Positions 43,619 to 51,370 of a DNA stretch of 51,599 nucleotides are shown piece after piece. The stretch is from NCBI GenBank assembly GCA_030649205.1, contig JAUSGE010000029.1, forward strand, positions 1 to 51,599, in the 5' to 3' direction. How positions within the stretch are numbered: the first letter of the stretch is position 1; every line of letters begins with the position of its first letter. The translations under genes were made by a program, and so were the position numbers. Origin of the DNA: a bacterium (lineage in GTDB: Bacteria > Patescibacteriota > Patescibacteriia > Patescibacteriales > GWC2-42-12). The notes beneath the pieces are model-generated. The model did not search any database, had not been told where the DNA came from, and saw only the letters and a program-made list of their open reading frames with translations.

Positions 43619-44044
43619 ATGAAATTTATCTCCGCCTCCGAACAACAAACTTTCGCCTTGGTTAAAAAATTCGCCAAAACCCTTAAAGGCGGCGAAGTTA
43701 TCGGCCTGATCGGCAACTTAGGCGCGGGTAAAACTATTTTTACCAAAGGTCTGGCCGCGGGGCTGGGCATTAAGAAGCGCGTTAACAGCCCGACCTTTGT
43801 ATTAATGAAGGTCTACCAGGTTAAATCGCCTAGCATCAAGCATCTGGTTCATATTGACGCTTATCGCCTTAAATCCGCCCAGGACATAATCGCCATCGGC
43901 GCGACCGAATATTTTAACCGTCCGGACACGGTTACGGTCATTGAATGGGCGGACAAAATAAAAAAAGTCTTGCCCCTGGGGACAAGACTGGTGAAAATAA
44001 GTTGCAAAAGCAAAAGCAACAGCAGAACAATTAATATCAATTGA
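43619..44044 (+). CDS. tsaE: tRNA threonylcarbamoyladenosine biosynthesis ATPase TsaE
   Basis: The ATG at 43619 is the likely start; the track TTG start at 43544 lies in a GC-rich spacer. GLIGNLGAGKTIFTKGLAAGLG, SPTFVLMKVY, HIDAYRL. Confidence 0.85.
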   Translation: MKFISASEQQTFALVKKFAKTLKGGEVIGLIGNLGAGKTIFTKGLAAGLGIKKRVNSPTFVLMKVYQVKSPSIKHLVHIDAYRLKSAQDIIAIGATEYFNRPDTVTVIEWADKIKKVLPLGTRLVKISCKSKSNSRTININ

Positions 44045-44345
44045 TATAATTGATTCTTACGCCAATATCCTGGCCGCATAAAGAACAAGCTTCTGACGTA
44101 AAATAAACGTTTTTAAAAACCTCGGGGGCTTGTGCTTTAGCTTGGCCGCACAAATATTCCGCTCCTTGTCGATTCACCTCGGATAACATTCCGCACTTTT
44201 GGCAAAACAAATAGGTGACCGCCTCTTTCCATTCAAACGGTTGCGAGAGCAAACTTAAATCTAACGTGGACGAGCCTTTTTTAGTTTGATCCGTAACCGA
44301 CTCCCCAAACAGTCGTTTTTTAATTTTTATGTCATCTCCTGGCAT
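44037..44345 (-). CDS. Hypothetical protein with two CxxC pairs (zinc-ribbon-like)
   Basis: 102-aa ORF. CQKCG ... CSLCG. It is the last gene of the minus-strand dksA-lspA unit and overlaps the tsaE 3' end by 8 nt. Confidence 0.5.
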   Translation of the reverse strand: MPGDDIKIKKRLFGESVTDQTKKGSSTLDLSLLSQPFEWKEAVTYLFCQKCGMLSEVNRQGAEYLCGQAKAQAPEVFKNVYFTSEACSLCGQDIGVRINYIN

Positions 44346-44360
44346 AATATACCTCCTATA

Positions 44361-44834
44361 TTATTTTGATTCTTTTATTCTATCAACCACTTGTTGGGCG
44401 ACTTCATTCACTATTTCATCATACCCTGCTTTATCTAGCTCCTGGTCAATACCGTCTGACGGCACAAAAAAAACAATATCCGCCTTATAGTTGTCTCCCT
44501 TGTTGGGATTTTGAGTAACGTCAAGCGTAACTACCACTTTCCTCCCTTGGCTTAAATCAGTCTCCACAAAAGCGTCAACGCCGTGGTATTTGTCCAAGGG
44601 CGTGCCAATTGCGGTAAATATTTTTATTTTATCAATACCAAATTCCATGATCTCGCCAATTTTAGAGCGTAAACTTATTGAAAATTCTGTTTCATGTATA
44701 GGCTGACGTTCTTTTGCTATATTCACGGCATCGCGATATTTAACATATCTGTCTTTCAATTCAGCATTTTTTTCAGGCTTTGCTCCGCCAAATAATTCTC
44801 TTTCAATTAAATGCCCGGTATAGGCTAAAGGCAT
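44361..44834 (-). CDS. Hypothetical protein
   Basis: 157-aa ORF, 5 nt downstream of lspA. No recognised motif. Confidence 0.5.
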   Translation of the reverse strand: MPLAYTGHLIERELFGGAKPEKNAELKDRYVKYRDAVNIAKERQPIHETEFSISLRSKIGEIMEFGIDKIKIFTAIGTPLDKYHGVDAFVETDLSQGRKVVVTLDVTQNPNKGDNYKADIVFFVPSDGIDQELDKAGYDEIVNEVAQQVVDRIKESK

Positions 44835-44839
44835 AAATT

Positions 44840-45277
44840 TTATTTAATGCTCTTTTTTAAAAAAAATAATAACCCCGCCGCTCCTCCCACAATCATCATG
44901 TCCGCCAGATTAAAGACGGTAAAATATTTTACGTCCAGATAATCAATCACATAGCCGTATTTCAGCCGGTCAAACAGGTTGCTGGCCGCGCCCAGCAGAA
45001 TGGAAACAAGGCAAGCGGCTTTCGGGTAATCCTTGGCCGAATATAATTTAACAAAATAATACAGCAGTCCAAAGATGATCAAACCGATAATCAGCTCCAG
45101 CGCGACACCGTAAAGCGGCAGAGAAAAGGCAATGGCAAAATTTTTAGTAAAAGATAATTGAAATATACTGCCGACTAATCTCACGGGCTCGGAGAAAACC
45201 CCTGAAACCGCCATCGCCTTTAATAACCGATCTAAAAAAATAATAGTCGCGAGCAAAGCTATTATTTTTTTTAGCAT
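44840..45277 (-). CDS. lspA: Lipoprotein signal peptidase (signal peptidase II)
   Basis: Four TM helices. NLFDRL and FNLADMMIVGGAAGLLF contain the catalytic Asp motifs. Confidence 0.85.
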   Translation of the reverse strand: MLKKIIALLATIIFLDRLLKAMAVSGVFSEPVRLVGSIFQLSFTKNFAIAFSLPLYGVALELIIGLIIFGLLYYFVKLYSAKDYPKAACLVSILLGAASNLFDRLKYGYVIDYLDVKYFTVFNLADMMIVGGAAGLLFFLKKSIK

Positions 45278-45281
45278 AAAA

Positions 45282-45653
45282 TTAACTCATTTTCTGCAAC
45301 CTGGTTTTACAGCTGATGCAAGTATTGGCCACCGGCCGGGCCAACAGGCGCTTTTCGCCGATCTCCTTTTTGCAATATTTGCAAATACCGTAGGTGCCTT
45401 TGGCGATTCTGTCCAAAGCGTTATCAATATCGCGCAGAGTGCTTTCTAAAACTTTTTCCGTGGCCAAATTAGTCGTGTACTCGTCAATCTCTTGCACATT
45501 TTCATCGCTCTTATCCCCATAATTGGGAAATTTAACATGATGATCATCTTTTTCATGCGCGTCTTTTTTGGTAAAAGCTTTTAAATCGCCTATGACTTGC
45601 TTTTTTCTGGCCAGCAGGTCTTTCTTAATTTTTTCTATAACTTTTTTGTCCAT
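45282..45653 (-). CDS. DksA/TraR-family C4 zinc-finger protein
   Basis: Coiled-coil N-terminus. C-terminal CKYCKKEIGEKRLLARPVANTCISCK (CxxC-N17-CxxC). Confidence 0.8.
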   Translation of the reverse strand: MDKKVIEKIKKDLLARKKQVIGDLKAFTKKDAHEKDDHHVKFPNYGDKSDENVQEIDEYTTNLATEKVLESTLRDIDNALDRIAKGTYGICKYCKKEIGEKRLLARPVANTCISCKTRLQKMS

Positions 45654-45762
45654 ATTTTTTTAAACTAAAAATTATCCTCGTAATGAGAATAAATCCTCTA
45701 TCATAATATAACAAACAAAAACATTTGGCAAGCGTGGTATATTTTTAAATTTAAAAGCGGCC

Positions 45763-45790
45763 CAGAACGGGCCCTTTTATAAAAAATAAA
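45763..45790. terminator. Bidirectional terminator-like hairpin
   Basis: aaaagc-ggccc-agaac-gggcc-ctttta. Confidence 0.5.
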
Positions 45791-46168
45791 TTTATGGCCG
45801 TCATGAGCCGCATCCCCAAAGACCTATTTCTAACCCATCCAGTGGGCAAAAAGGAAATTGATTCCTTGTTATCCGCTGGATGAGTCAAGAAAATCCCTAA
45901 TCTTCGAGGTTGTGAGCTTTCTTGTTCACTTGAAAAAAGCGATTTTCTACTGGCTAGTGGTAAATCTCCAATATATTTTTGTATTCATGAAGACCTACCG
46001 TTATTTTATTTTTGTTTTTTGACAAATTGCCATGTGAACTCTGGCATTTACGCTAGTAGAAACTTATAATATAAATATACCACTAAAAATAAAAAAAGTC
46101 AATGAACATAATAGATTAAAATAAATACTAATATTAAGCCTTTTAAAAACTGTTTATAATACTACTCT

Positions 46169-46330
46169 GACTTTAGTCCACATACACGTGGACTAAAGTC
46201 TATAGTTTATCCACACAATACACCGGTTATCCACAGATATCCAATACTTTAGTCCACGGTTTAGTGGACTTAAGTATTTTTTTAATAATATCGGTTAAAA
46301 GTAAAGTCCACATTAATGTGGACTTAAAGT
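46169..46330. repeat. Three related hairpins built on the core (t)ttagtccac / gtggact(t)aa(ag)
   Basis: 46169-46200 gactttagtccacatacacgtggactaaagtc. 46247-46274 ctttagtccacggtttagtggacttaag. 46303-46330 aaagtccacattaatgtggacttaaagt. Confidence 0.85.
46207..46235 (+). promoter_or_regulatory. Two perfect DnaA boxes (TTATCCACA) in direct orientation, 20 bp start to start
   Basis: ttatccaca at 46207-46215 and at 46227-46235. The only other perfect copy in the window is at 21100-21108. Confidence 0.6.
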
Positions 46331-46332
46331 TG

Positions 46333-46404
46333 AGGTCACGGTGGGAATTGAACCCACGTATAACAGTTTTGCAGACTGTCGCCTTACCGCTTGGCTACGT
46401 GACC
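46333..46404 (-). tRNA. tRNA-Cys (anticodon GCA)
   Basis: Reverse complement: acceptor ggtcacg/cgtgacc, D arm gcc-aagcggtaa-ggc, anticodon stem acagt/actgt with loop ctGCAaa, T arm gtggg-ttcaatt-cccac, discriminator t. Confidence 0.9.
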
Positions 46405-46517
46405 TAGGTTATTGTACTTCTTAAATATATCAAATATCGTTACCTAAAACAAGTTTACCGGTTAAATAATAGCGCACCCCTAATAGGGTGCGCTTGGGGT
46501 TATAATGAAATATCGCC

Positions 46518-47081
46518 TTATTGCTGTAAAACCTGAATTTTAGCTATCTTAACACCAAAATTTATTGCGTCAGGTTTTTCCAGCATCCACACGTCAACCC
46601 TGTTGGAAAATCTTCTATTCATTCTATCGCGCACTACAAACACTTTGTCGCCGAATAACTCTGGTATCCTAACCTTTGCGCCGAAAGGCAAAAAATTAGC
46701 CGCGATTGTATCTTCTATTCCATGATTACAAACGTTAAAATTGTTGGCCGTAATGCATGGACTGTCATCAGTTTGGCCTGGGTCTGAATTGTAGGCTGTA
46801 ACTACAAAACGGTTTGACCACCTGATAGCATCGCCGTTTTCCGGCAATTTTCCATTAAATTCTGCCATATTTGTTATTACAGCCTGATTAACACCGTTTT
46901 GCGCGTCAGCCACTATTCCTTGATCATGGCCTTGATTAGTTTTTTCTGCGATTTGATCAGCTAAAGAAGGCAGGGGAAATAGTATAAACTCAAAAAACAA
47001 AGCCGCAATTAAAATAATAATTATTTTTTTGGCTTGTTTTAGCTTAATTATTTTATTGTGGTTTTTTCTTAAAGCTTCCAT
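46518..47081 (-). CDS. Secreted 3D-domain (MltA/RlpA-like, cell-wall-active) protein
   Basis: N-terminal TM/signal. VTAYNSDPGQTDDSPCITAN...GAKVRIPELFGDKVFVVRDRMNRRFSNRVDVWM (conserved Asp triad context). Confidence 0.7.
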   Translation of the reverse strand: MEALRKNHNKIIKLKQAKKIIIILIAALFFEFILFPLPSLADQIAEKTNQGHDQGIVADAQNGVNQAVITNMAEFNGKLPENGDAIRWSNRFVVTAYNSDPGQTDDSPCITANNFNVCNHGIEDTIAANFLPFGAKVRIPELFGDKVFVVRDRMNRRFSNRVDVWMLEKPDAINFGVKIAKIQVLQQ

Positions 47082-47264
47082 ATTATTTAACCTTAGCCGT
47101 TTTTATAAACAAAAATCCCTATCCATTCCTCTTTGGAGTTATTTAGATAGGGATTTTCTTATTGATCTATTTTAATCTTATCATATCCTGGCCATCAAGT
47201 CAACCTTGATTTTTATTTGGCTATATATTAAAATATAAAATCAGCTCTTTAAAAAAGTTTTTTT

Positions 47265-47318
47265 CTACCCGGCTTTCCTGTCCAGAATACCAGAATAATT
47301 GAGGAAAGTCGGAGTTAA
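47265..47318. repeat. Family D variant with an expanded loop
   Basis: ctacccggctttcc ... ggaaagtcggagttaa directly abuts the MITE. Confidence 0.6.
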
Positions 47319-47320
47319 AT

Positions 47321-47444
47321 GCTCGGTCTGAAAAAATTGTTTTTCCTGCTTAGACAAAATTTGGGCGATTTTTGTAAAAAGTATTTTTTACAAAAATCGC
47401 TACAATTTTGTATGCGCGATAAAAACAACTTTTTCAGACCAAGC
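47321..47444. mobile_element. MITE: internally deleted derivative of the IS at 35488-36659 (both terminal repeats, no transposase)
   Basis: gctcggtctgaaaaaattgtttttcctgcttagacaaaatttgggcgattttt matches the IS right end (reverse complement). aaaaatcgctacaattttgtatgcgcgataaaaacaactttttcagaccaagc matches the IS left end (reverse complement). Confidence 0.85.
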
Positions 47445-47456
47445 AAAGCATCTATC

Positions 47457-47499
47457 TGTCATTGCGAGGGAGCGCTAGCGACCGAAGCAATCTCACGAA
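47457..47499. repeat. Family A left half-element
   Basis: tgtcattgcgagggagcgctagcgaccgaagcaatctcacgaa. Confidence 0.85.
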
Positions 47500-47531
47500 T
47501 TAGTTGTCATAACAAAAAAGGAGGATTTATC

Positions 47532-47999
47532 ATGAAATCAAGAACTTTCGCAGTATTATTAGTGTTGGCATCGGTAACATTATTTACCGGTTGCGCCGCT
47601 TACTTCGGCAACGAGGCACAATATAACAAAGGTGATTGGTACCTCTTCGCCGACTCCAGGGAAGTCGCCCACATTAAAAAAGACAAACTGGCGTTCAATA
47701 AATTGGAGGCCGAGCCAGTGAAAACCAATACAGTGAACGGCGTGTCGCAGGGCTACGAAGGGCTGGTTGCCAACCTAAGCAACAATAACCGCTATAATTT
47801 TAAACTCTTCGGGCCAGAAACCAAAAGTTATTTACTTGGCCCGGGTGAACGAGCCACCGACTACCTTATACCTGGAAAATATGTTTGTATTGTCTACCAG
47901 GGAAGTTATCAGGTAGGTTCATGGTCGTTCCAGGTTGGACCGCAACAGTCCATCTTCATGAATGAAAAACACCATTGGTATATTTACACCGACAGATGA
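47532..47999 (+). CDS. Lipoprotein of unknown function
   Basis: The ATG at 47532 has AAAGGAGGA upstream. Signal peptide with lipobox: MKSRTFAVLLVLASVTLFTGC. The track start at 47319 lies in MITE/repeat DNA. Confidence 0.65.
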   Translation: MKSRTFAVLLVLASVTLFTGCAAYFGNEAQYNKGDWYLFADSREVAHIKKDKLAFNKLEAEPVKTNTVNGVSQGYEGLVANLSNNNRYNFKLFGPETKSYLLGPGERATDYLIPGKYVCIVYQGSYQVGSWSFQVGPQQSIFMNEKHHWYIYTDR

Positions 48000-48020
48000 A
48001 AACGCACCAATGGTAGAGCA

Positions 48021-48057
48021 AAAAAGGCGTGGTCTTTACGACACGCCTCTTTATTTT
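48021..48057. terminator. Bidirectional terminator between convergent genes
   Basis: aaaaaggcgtg-N10-cacgcctctttatttt. Confidence 0.75.
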
Positions 48058-48073
48058 GTTTATTATTTTACTA

Positions 48074-48508
48074 TTAACTTCCGCCAACTATCGTTCCCGT
48101 ACTATTAACTCCCGATAAACTCTGAAACACGAAATAAGTGATGGCATAGGCGGCAAGAATAATGATCAGGCCGATGATCGCCCGCGTTAACGTATTTTTG
48201 GCTTTAGTAACCTTTTCATCATCGCCTTGCGCCGTCATCCAGTTATAACCGGCGTAAATGATTAACACTAAAAAAATTATGCCCAATAAACTTAAAAATA
48301 CGCTAACCACATCTTTGATCAAGTTTGGTAAATCGGCGGCCGGATCATTTACTGGAGTTCCCCAGCCGGTTGTTCCCGCGCTATCCAACTGGGTTTGTAA
48401 ATCATCCGCGGCGCTTGCTCGGCTAAACTGAACGGTGAAAACAAAACTAACAGCCATGGCCGCTATAAATAAAAAGCTAAAAATTAATTTTGTGTATGTT
48501 TTTATCAT
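48074..48508 (-). CDS. VirB2/TrbC-like T4SS-pilin family protein (array member 8, last in transcription order)
   Basis: The start is the ATG at 48508 (MIKTYTKLIF...); the track N-terminus MARLLRRDYAARNDK is repeat DNA. YAGYNWMTAQGDDEKVTKAKNTLTRAIIGLIIILAAYAITYFV. Confidence 0.75.
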   Translation of the reverse strand: MIKTYTKLIFSFLFIAAMAVSFVFTVQFSRASAADDLQTQLDSAGTTGWGTPVNDPAADLPNLIKDVVSVFLSLLGIIFLVLIIYAGYNWMTAQGDDEKVTKAKNTLTRAIIGLIIILAAYAITYFVFQSLSGVNSTGTIVGGS

Positions 48509-48519
48509 AACTTTACTTT

Positions 48520-48628
48520 TGTCATTGCGAGCCGCGTAATCGCGGCGAAGCAATCTCGCCAATAGCGTCTCTTGACCAAACTCGCCATCCGTTAGATTGC
48601 TTCGTCGCTGGCGCTCCTCGCAATGACA
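48520..48628. repeat. Full-length family A palindromic element (109 nt) between two pilin genes
   Basis: tgtcattgcgagccgcgtaatcgcggcgaagcaatctcgcc ... gattgcttcgtcgctggcgctcctcgcaatgaca. Confidence 0.9.
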
Positions 48629-48634
48629 TCAAAG

Positions 48635-49042
48635 TCATTGCAGAATGCCCGTGCCGGTAACCAGTTTATCAAACACCCAAGCGCTGATGGCATAGGCGGC
48701 CACAGTGATAATTATACCGATAATAGCGCGCGTCAGCGTGTCCTTGGCCTTGGTAACTTTTTCCTCATCGCCCTGCGCCGTCATCCAGTTATAGCCGGCA
48801 TAAATTACATAAATTAAAAATATCACGCCTAACAAGCCTAAAAACGCCTGGATAACCAAGCCGATGATACTGGCAATATCGTTTTCCCCCGGACTATACG
48901 CGGCATAAGGAGCAATACTGCCGCTTTCACCAGTATTTTTTAAATTTTCTAAAGCCGAGCTGTCGGCCGCGGCCAGATAAGGCGCGGCTATTAAAGCCAG
49001 CAATAGACTTGCCACAAAAATTTGTTTAATATTTTTTTTCAT
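48635..49042 (-). CDS. VirB2/TrbC-like T4SS-pilin family protein (array member 7)
   Basis: Signal peptide. YAGYNWMTAQGDEEKVTKAKDTLTRAIIGIIITVAAYAISAWV. Confidence 0.8.
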   Translation of the reverse strand: MKKNIKQIFVASLLLALIAAPYLAAADSSALENLKNTGESGSIAPYAAYSPGENDIASIIGLVIQAFLGLLGVIFLIYVIYAGYNWMTAQGDEEKVTKAKDTLTRAIIGIIITVAAYAISAWVFDKLVTGTGILQ

Positions 49043-49044
49043 AA

Positions 49045-49497
49045 TTATTCGAAGGCGGAGTTTAGATTTTCGGGATTGCTTCCGCCTTTTAAAGTTCCTT
49101 GCTCCAATTTGGACATGATAAAGACGCTGATGGCGTAAGCGGCGATAATAATAATCGCGCCGATAATCGCTCGGTTAAGCGTATCCTTGGCTTTAGTAAC
49201 TTTTTCCTCATCGCCTCGGGCCGTCATCCAGTTATAGCCGGCGTAGAGCATGTAAATTAACAGTATCACGCCGATTAAGCCTAAAAAAGCGCTGATGCCG
49301 ATTTGAATAACGGAAAAGAGAGTATTGCCAGTGCCGGTGTCATAACCTCCGGCATCGCCTGTTTTTTGCGCTTGATTATAAATATTTTGATTAACGTCCG
49401 GCTTTAGCGGTCCGGCGGCCGAACAAAAATTTACCGCGGCTAGCGAGAGGATGAACAAAATAATTACCAGGTTAATTTTTTTATGCTTACTAGACAT
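49045..49497 (-). CDS. VirB2/TrbC-like T4SS-pilin family protein (array member 6)
   Basis: Signal peptide. YAGYNWMTARGDEEKVTKAKDTLNRAIIGAIIIIAAYAISVFI. There is a 2-nt gap to the next gene. Confidence 0.8.
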   Translation of the reverse strand: MSSKHKKINLVIILFILSLAAVNFCSAAGPLKPDVNQNIYNQAQKTGDAGGYDTGTGNTLFSVIQIGISAFLGLIGVILLIYMLYAGYNWMTARGDEEKVTKAKDTLNRAIIGAIIIIAAYAISVFIMSKLEQGTLKGGSNPENLNSAFE

Positions 49498-49567
49498 AAT
49501 TATCGCGACCTATATGATTGATTAGTTAATCTTAATTTTTACTAAATTTCCTGTAGATTTGCGGGTG

Positions 49568-49942
49568 TTAAAACAATGCGCTGAAAATAAAAGCCCAGAT
49601 AGCGTAAGAGCCGATCACAATAATAATACCTATAATGGCGCGCGTCAGAGTATCCTTGGCCTTGGTAACTTTTTCTTCTTCGCCTCGGGCCGTCATCCAG
49701 TTATAGCCGGCGTAGAGCATGAGTATTAAAAATATCGTACCAATCAAGCCAAGAGCGCCCTGAACTACCGCGCCGATGACATTAGACAAGCCAATCTTAT
49801 CCACTGACTCATAAGGCCCGTTATTACTTCCAATATTTTGCAATTTATCCAAAGCGTCAAAGGCCCAGGCCGAATGCGGCAAACTAGCAATGGCCGTCAT
49901 CAGCCAAACAAACAAACTCGCATTTAGGTATTTTTTAGACAT
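49568..49942 (-). CDS. VirB2/TrbC-like T4SS-pilin family protein (array member 5)
   Basis: Signal peptide. YAGYNWMTARGEEEKVTKAKDTLTRAIIGIIIVIGSYAIWAFI. Confidence 0.8.
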   Translation of the reverse strand: MSKKYLNASLFVWLMTAIASLPHSAWAFDALDKLQNIGSNNGPYESVDKIGLSNVIGAVVQGALGLIGTIFLILMLYAGYNWMTARGEEEKVTKAKDTLTRAIIGIIIVIGSYAIWAFIFSALF

Positions 49943-49947
49943 GATTA

Positions 49948-50367
49948 TTATTTTAATACCTGACTGCCCAAAGCGTTGAGCGCATACCAGCTGATAGCGT
50001 AAGCGGCCAGAACTATTACCAAACCGATAATGGCGTTAATCAAAGTATTTTTAGCCTTTTCCACCATTTCATCATTGCCCCGCGCCATCATCCAAGTATA
50101 ACCTGCGTAAATCGCCAACACCAAAAAAATTACGCCAACTAATTCTATTACTGTCCTAATCACTAAACTAATCATGCTATCCGGACTGGCCAGACTAGCG
50201 TCAGTTTTATAGCCAGCCCCTTTTTCGCCGGCTACATTATTTAGAGGTTCTTTAAAAGCATTGCCTAAATTATCCGCATAGCAGAAAGCTGAATATAAAA
50301 AAAATGATGACAAAATCAGAGTCAAGGCAAAAACTTTTTTAAATCGCGCGTTATTAATTATTTCCAT
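49948..50367 (-). CDS. VirB2/TrbC-like T4SS-pilin family protein (array member 4)
   Basis: Signal peptide. YAGYTWMMARGNDEMVEKAKNTLINAIIGLVIVLAAYAISWYA. It overlaps the upstream gene by 10 nt. Confidence 0.8.
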   Translation of the reverse strand: MEIINNARFKKVFALTLILSSFFLYSAFCYADNLGNAFKEPLNNVAGEKGAGYKTDASLASPDSMISLVIRTVIELVGVIFLVLAIYAGYTWMMARGNDEMVEKAKNTLINAIIGLVIVLAAYAISWYALNALGSQVLK

Positions 50368-50756
50368 AAAGTTGCCGCCAATTGGGTTAGAGCGTAAGCG
50401 CTTAAAACTATGGCCAGGCCGATAGCCGCGCCATAAATAATCTCCCTGGCCTTAGTCACTTCTTGCTCATTGCCGCGCGCCATCAGCCAAATAATGCCGG
50501 CGTAAATTATTAAACCTAAAAAAATTATTCCTAAAAATGAGATAACCAATTTTAAGACTGAACCGATCCTTGAATACAGGCTGGCGGTTATATTATTATT
50601 TTGGTTAACGGCTGGGTACCCGATCGCATTAGCTGAATTATCCAAGCCTTGCTGGAAAGTTTTGGTGGATTCGGCCAAAACAGGAAGCGATAGAGTGTAA
50701 AAAAATATATTACTTAAAAGCGCTAAACCGAGAATTAAAAATAAAAGTTTCTTCAT
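50358..50756 (-). CDS. VirB2/TrbC-like T4SS-pilin family protein (array member 3)
   Basis: Signal peptide. YAGIIWLMARGNEQEVTKAREIIYGAAIGLAIVLSAYALTQLA. Confidence 0.75.
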   Translation of the reverse strand: MKKLLFLILGLALLSNIFFYTLSLPVLAESTKTFQQGLDNSANAIGYPAVNQNNNITASLYSRIGSVLKLVISFLGIIFLGLIIYAGIIWLMARGNEQEVTKAREIIYGAAIGLAIVLSAYALTQLAATLWK

Positions 50757-50764
50757 AATTACTG

Positions 50765-51157
50765 CTAAGTGGCCGTAAAAGTCGCTCCAATATAAGAAGT
50801 TATCACATAGGCCATTAAGATAATAATCAAACCAATGGCCGCGGCAATAATTACGTCTTTGGCTTTAGTAACGGTTTGTTCATTACCCATGGAAAACATC
50901 CACAAATAGCCGCCGTAAATCATTAAAACAAAGAAGACAACTCCCAAAAAAGCCAAGGCCGCGCCCACGACTTTGCCAATGGCTAAAGAAGGGTCCTGAA
51001 TGGCTGGCAAATTACCGCCATAGCCTTTGGTGGCCGTAGTATTTAAACCGCCCAGAGCATCATCAGTCCCTGCCGCTAAACTAATCGGCGCCATTATTAA
51101 AAATGATAAAACTATTATCAGGACGGAAAGAATTAATTTAGAGTGTTTGATAAACAT
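50765..51157 (-). CDS. VirB2/TrbC-like T4SS-pilin family protein (array member 2)
   Basis: Signal peptide. YGGYLWMFSMGNEQTVTKAKDVIIAAAIGLIIILMAYVITSYI. Confidence 0.75.
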   Translation of the reverse strand: MFIKHSKLILSVLIIVLSFLIMAPISLAAGTDDALGGLNTTATKGYGGNLPAIQDPSLAIGKVVGAALAFLGVVFFVLMIYGGYLWMFSMGNEQTVTKAKDVIIAAAIGLIIILMAYVITSYIGATFTAT

Positions 51158-51167
51158 AAACTCTATC

Positions 51168-51267
51168 TGTCATTGCGAGGAGGCCGTAATCGGCCGACGA
51201 AGCAATCTCACGTACTCGGAGCTTAATCAGAGATTGCTTCGCCCCGAGTACGGGGCCCGCAATGACA
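51168..51267. repeat. Full-length family A palindromic element (100 nt) between two pilin genes
   Basis: tgtcattgcgaggaggccgtaatcggccgacgaagcaatctcacgtactcgg ... gagattgcttcgccccgagtacggggcccgcaatgaca. Confidence 0.9.
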
Positions 51268-51370
51268 ATCTGATTTTCCACTGCTCTAAGCGCAAAAATT
51301 TATCTTACGCTTACGGCAGTGGCCCCGGAAACGGCCGGGAACCACTTTTTTTACTAATATTAAGGTTATT

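Noticed and set aside
47100-47160. Hairpin aaatccctatc...gatagggattt upstream of the 3D-domain gene
   Set aside because: It could be a minus-strand terminator or a 5'-UTR structure. No gene ends there on the minus strand, and it occurs only once, so I cannot assign a role.
47296-47318. gaggaaagtcgg, reminiscent of the RNase P RNA GAGGAAAGUCC motif
   Set aside because: It is the 3' arm of a family D variant pairing with cccggctttcc. No other RNase P conserved regions are present, and a MITE follows immediately.
47319-47531. N-terminal 71 codons of the track ORF 47319..47999
   Set aside because: This part is MITE plus family A repeat DNA. A strong RBS and a lipoprotein signal peptide start at 47532.
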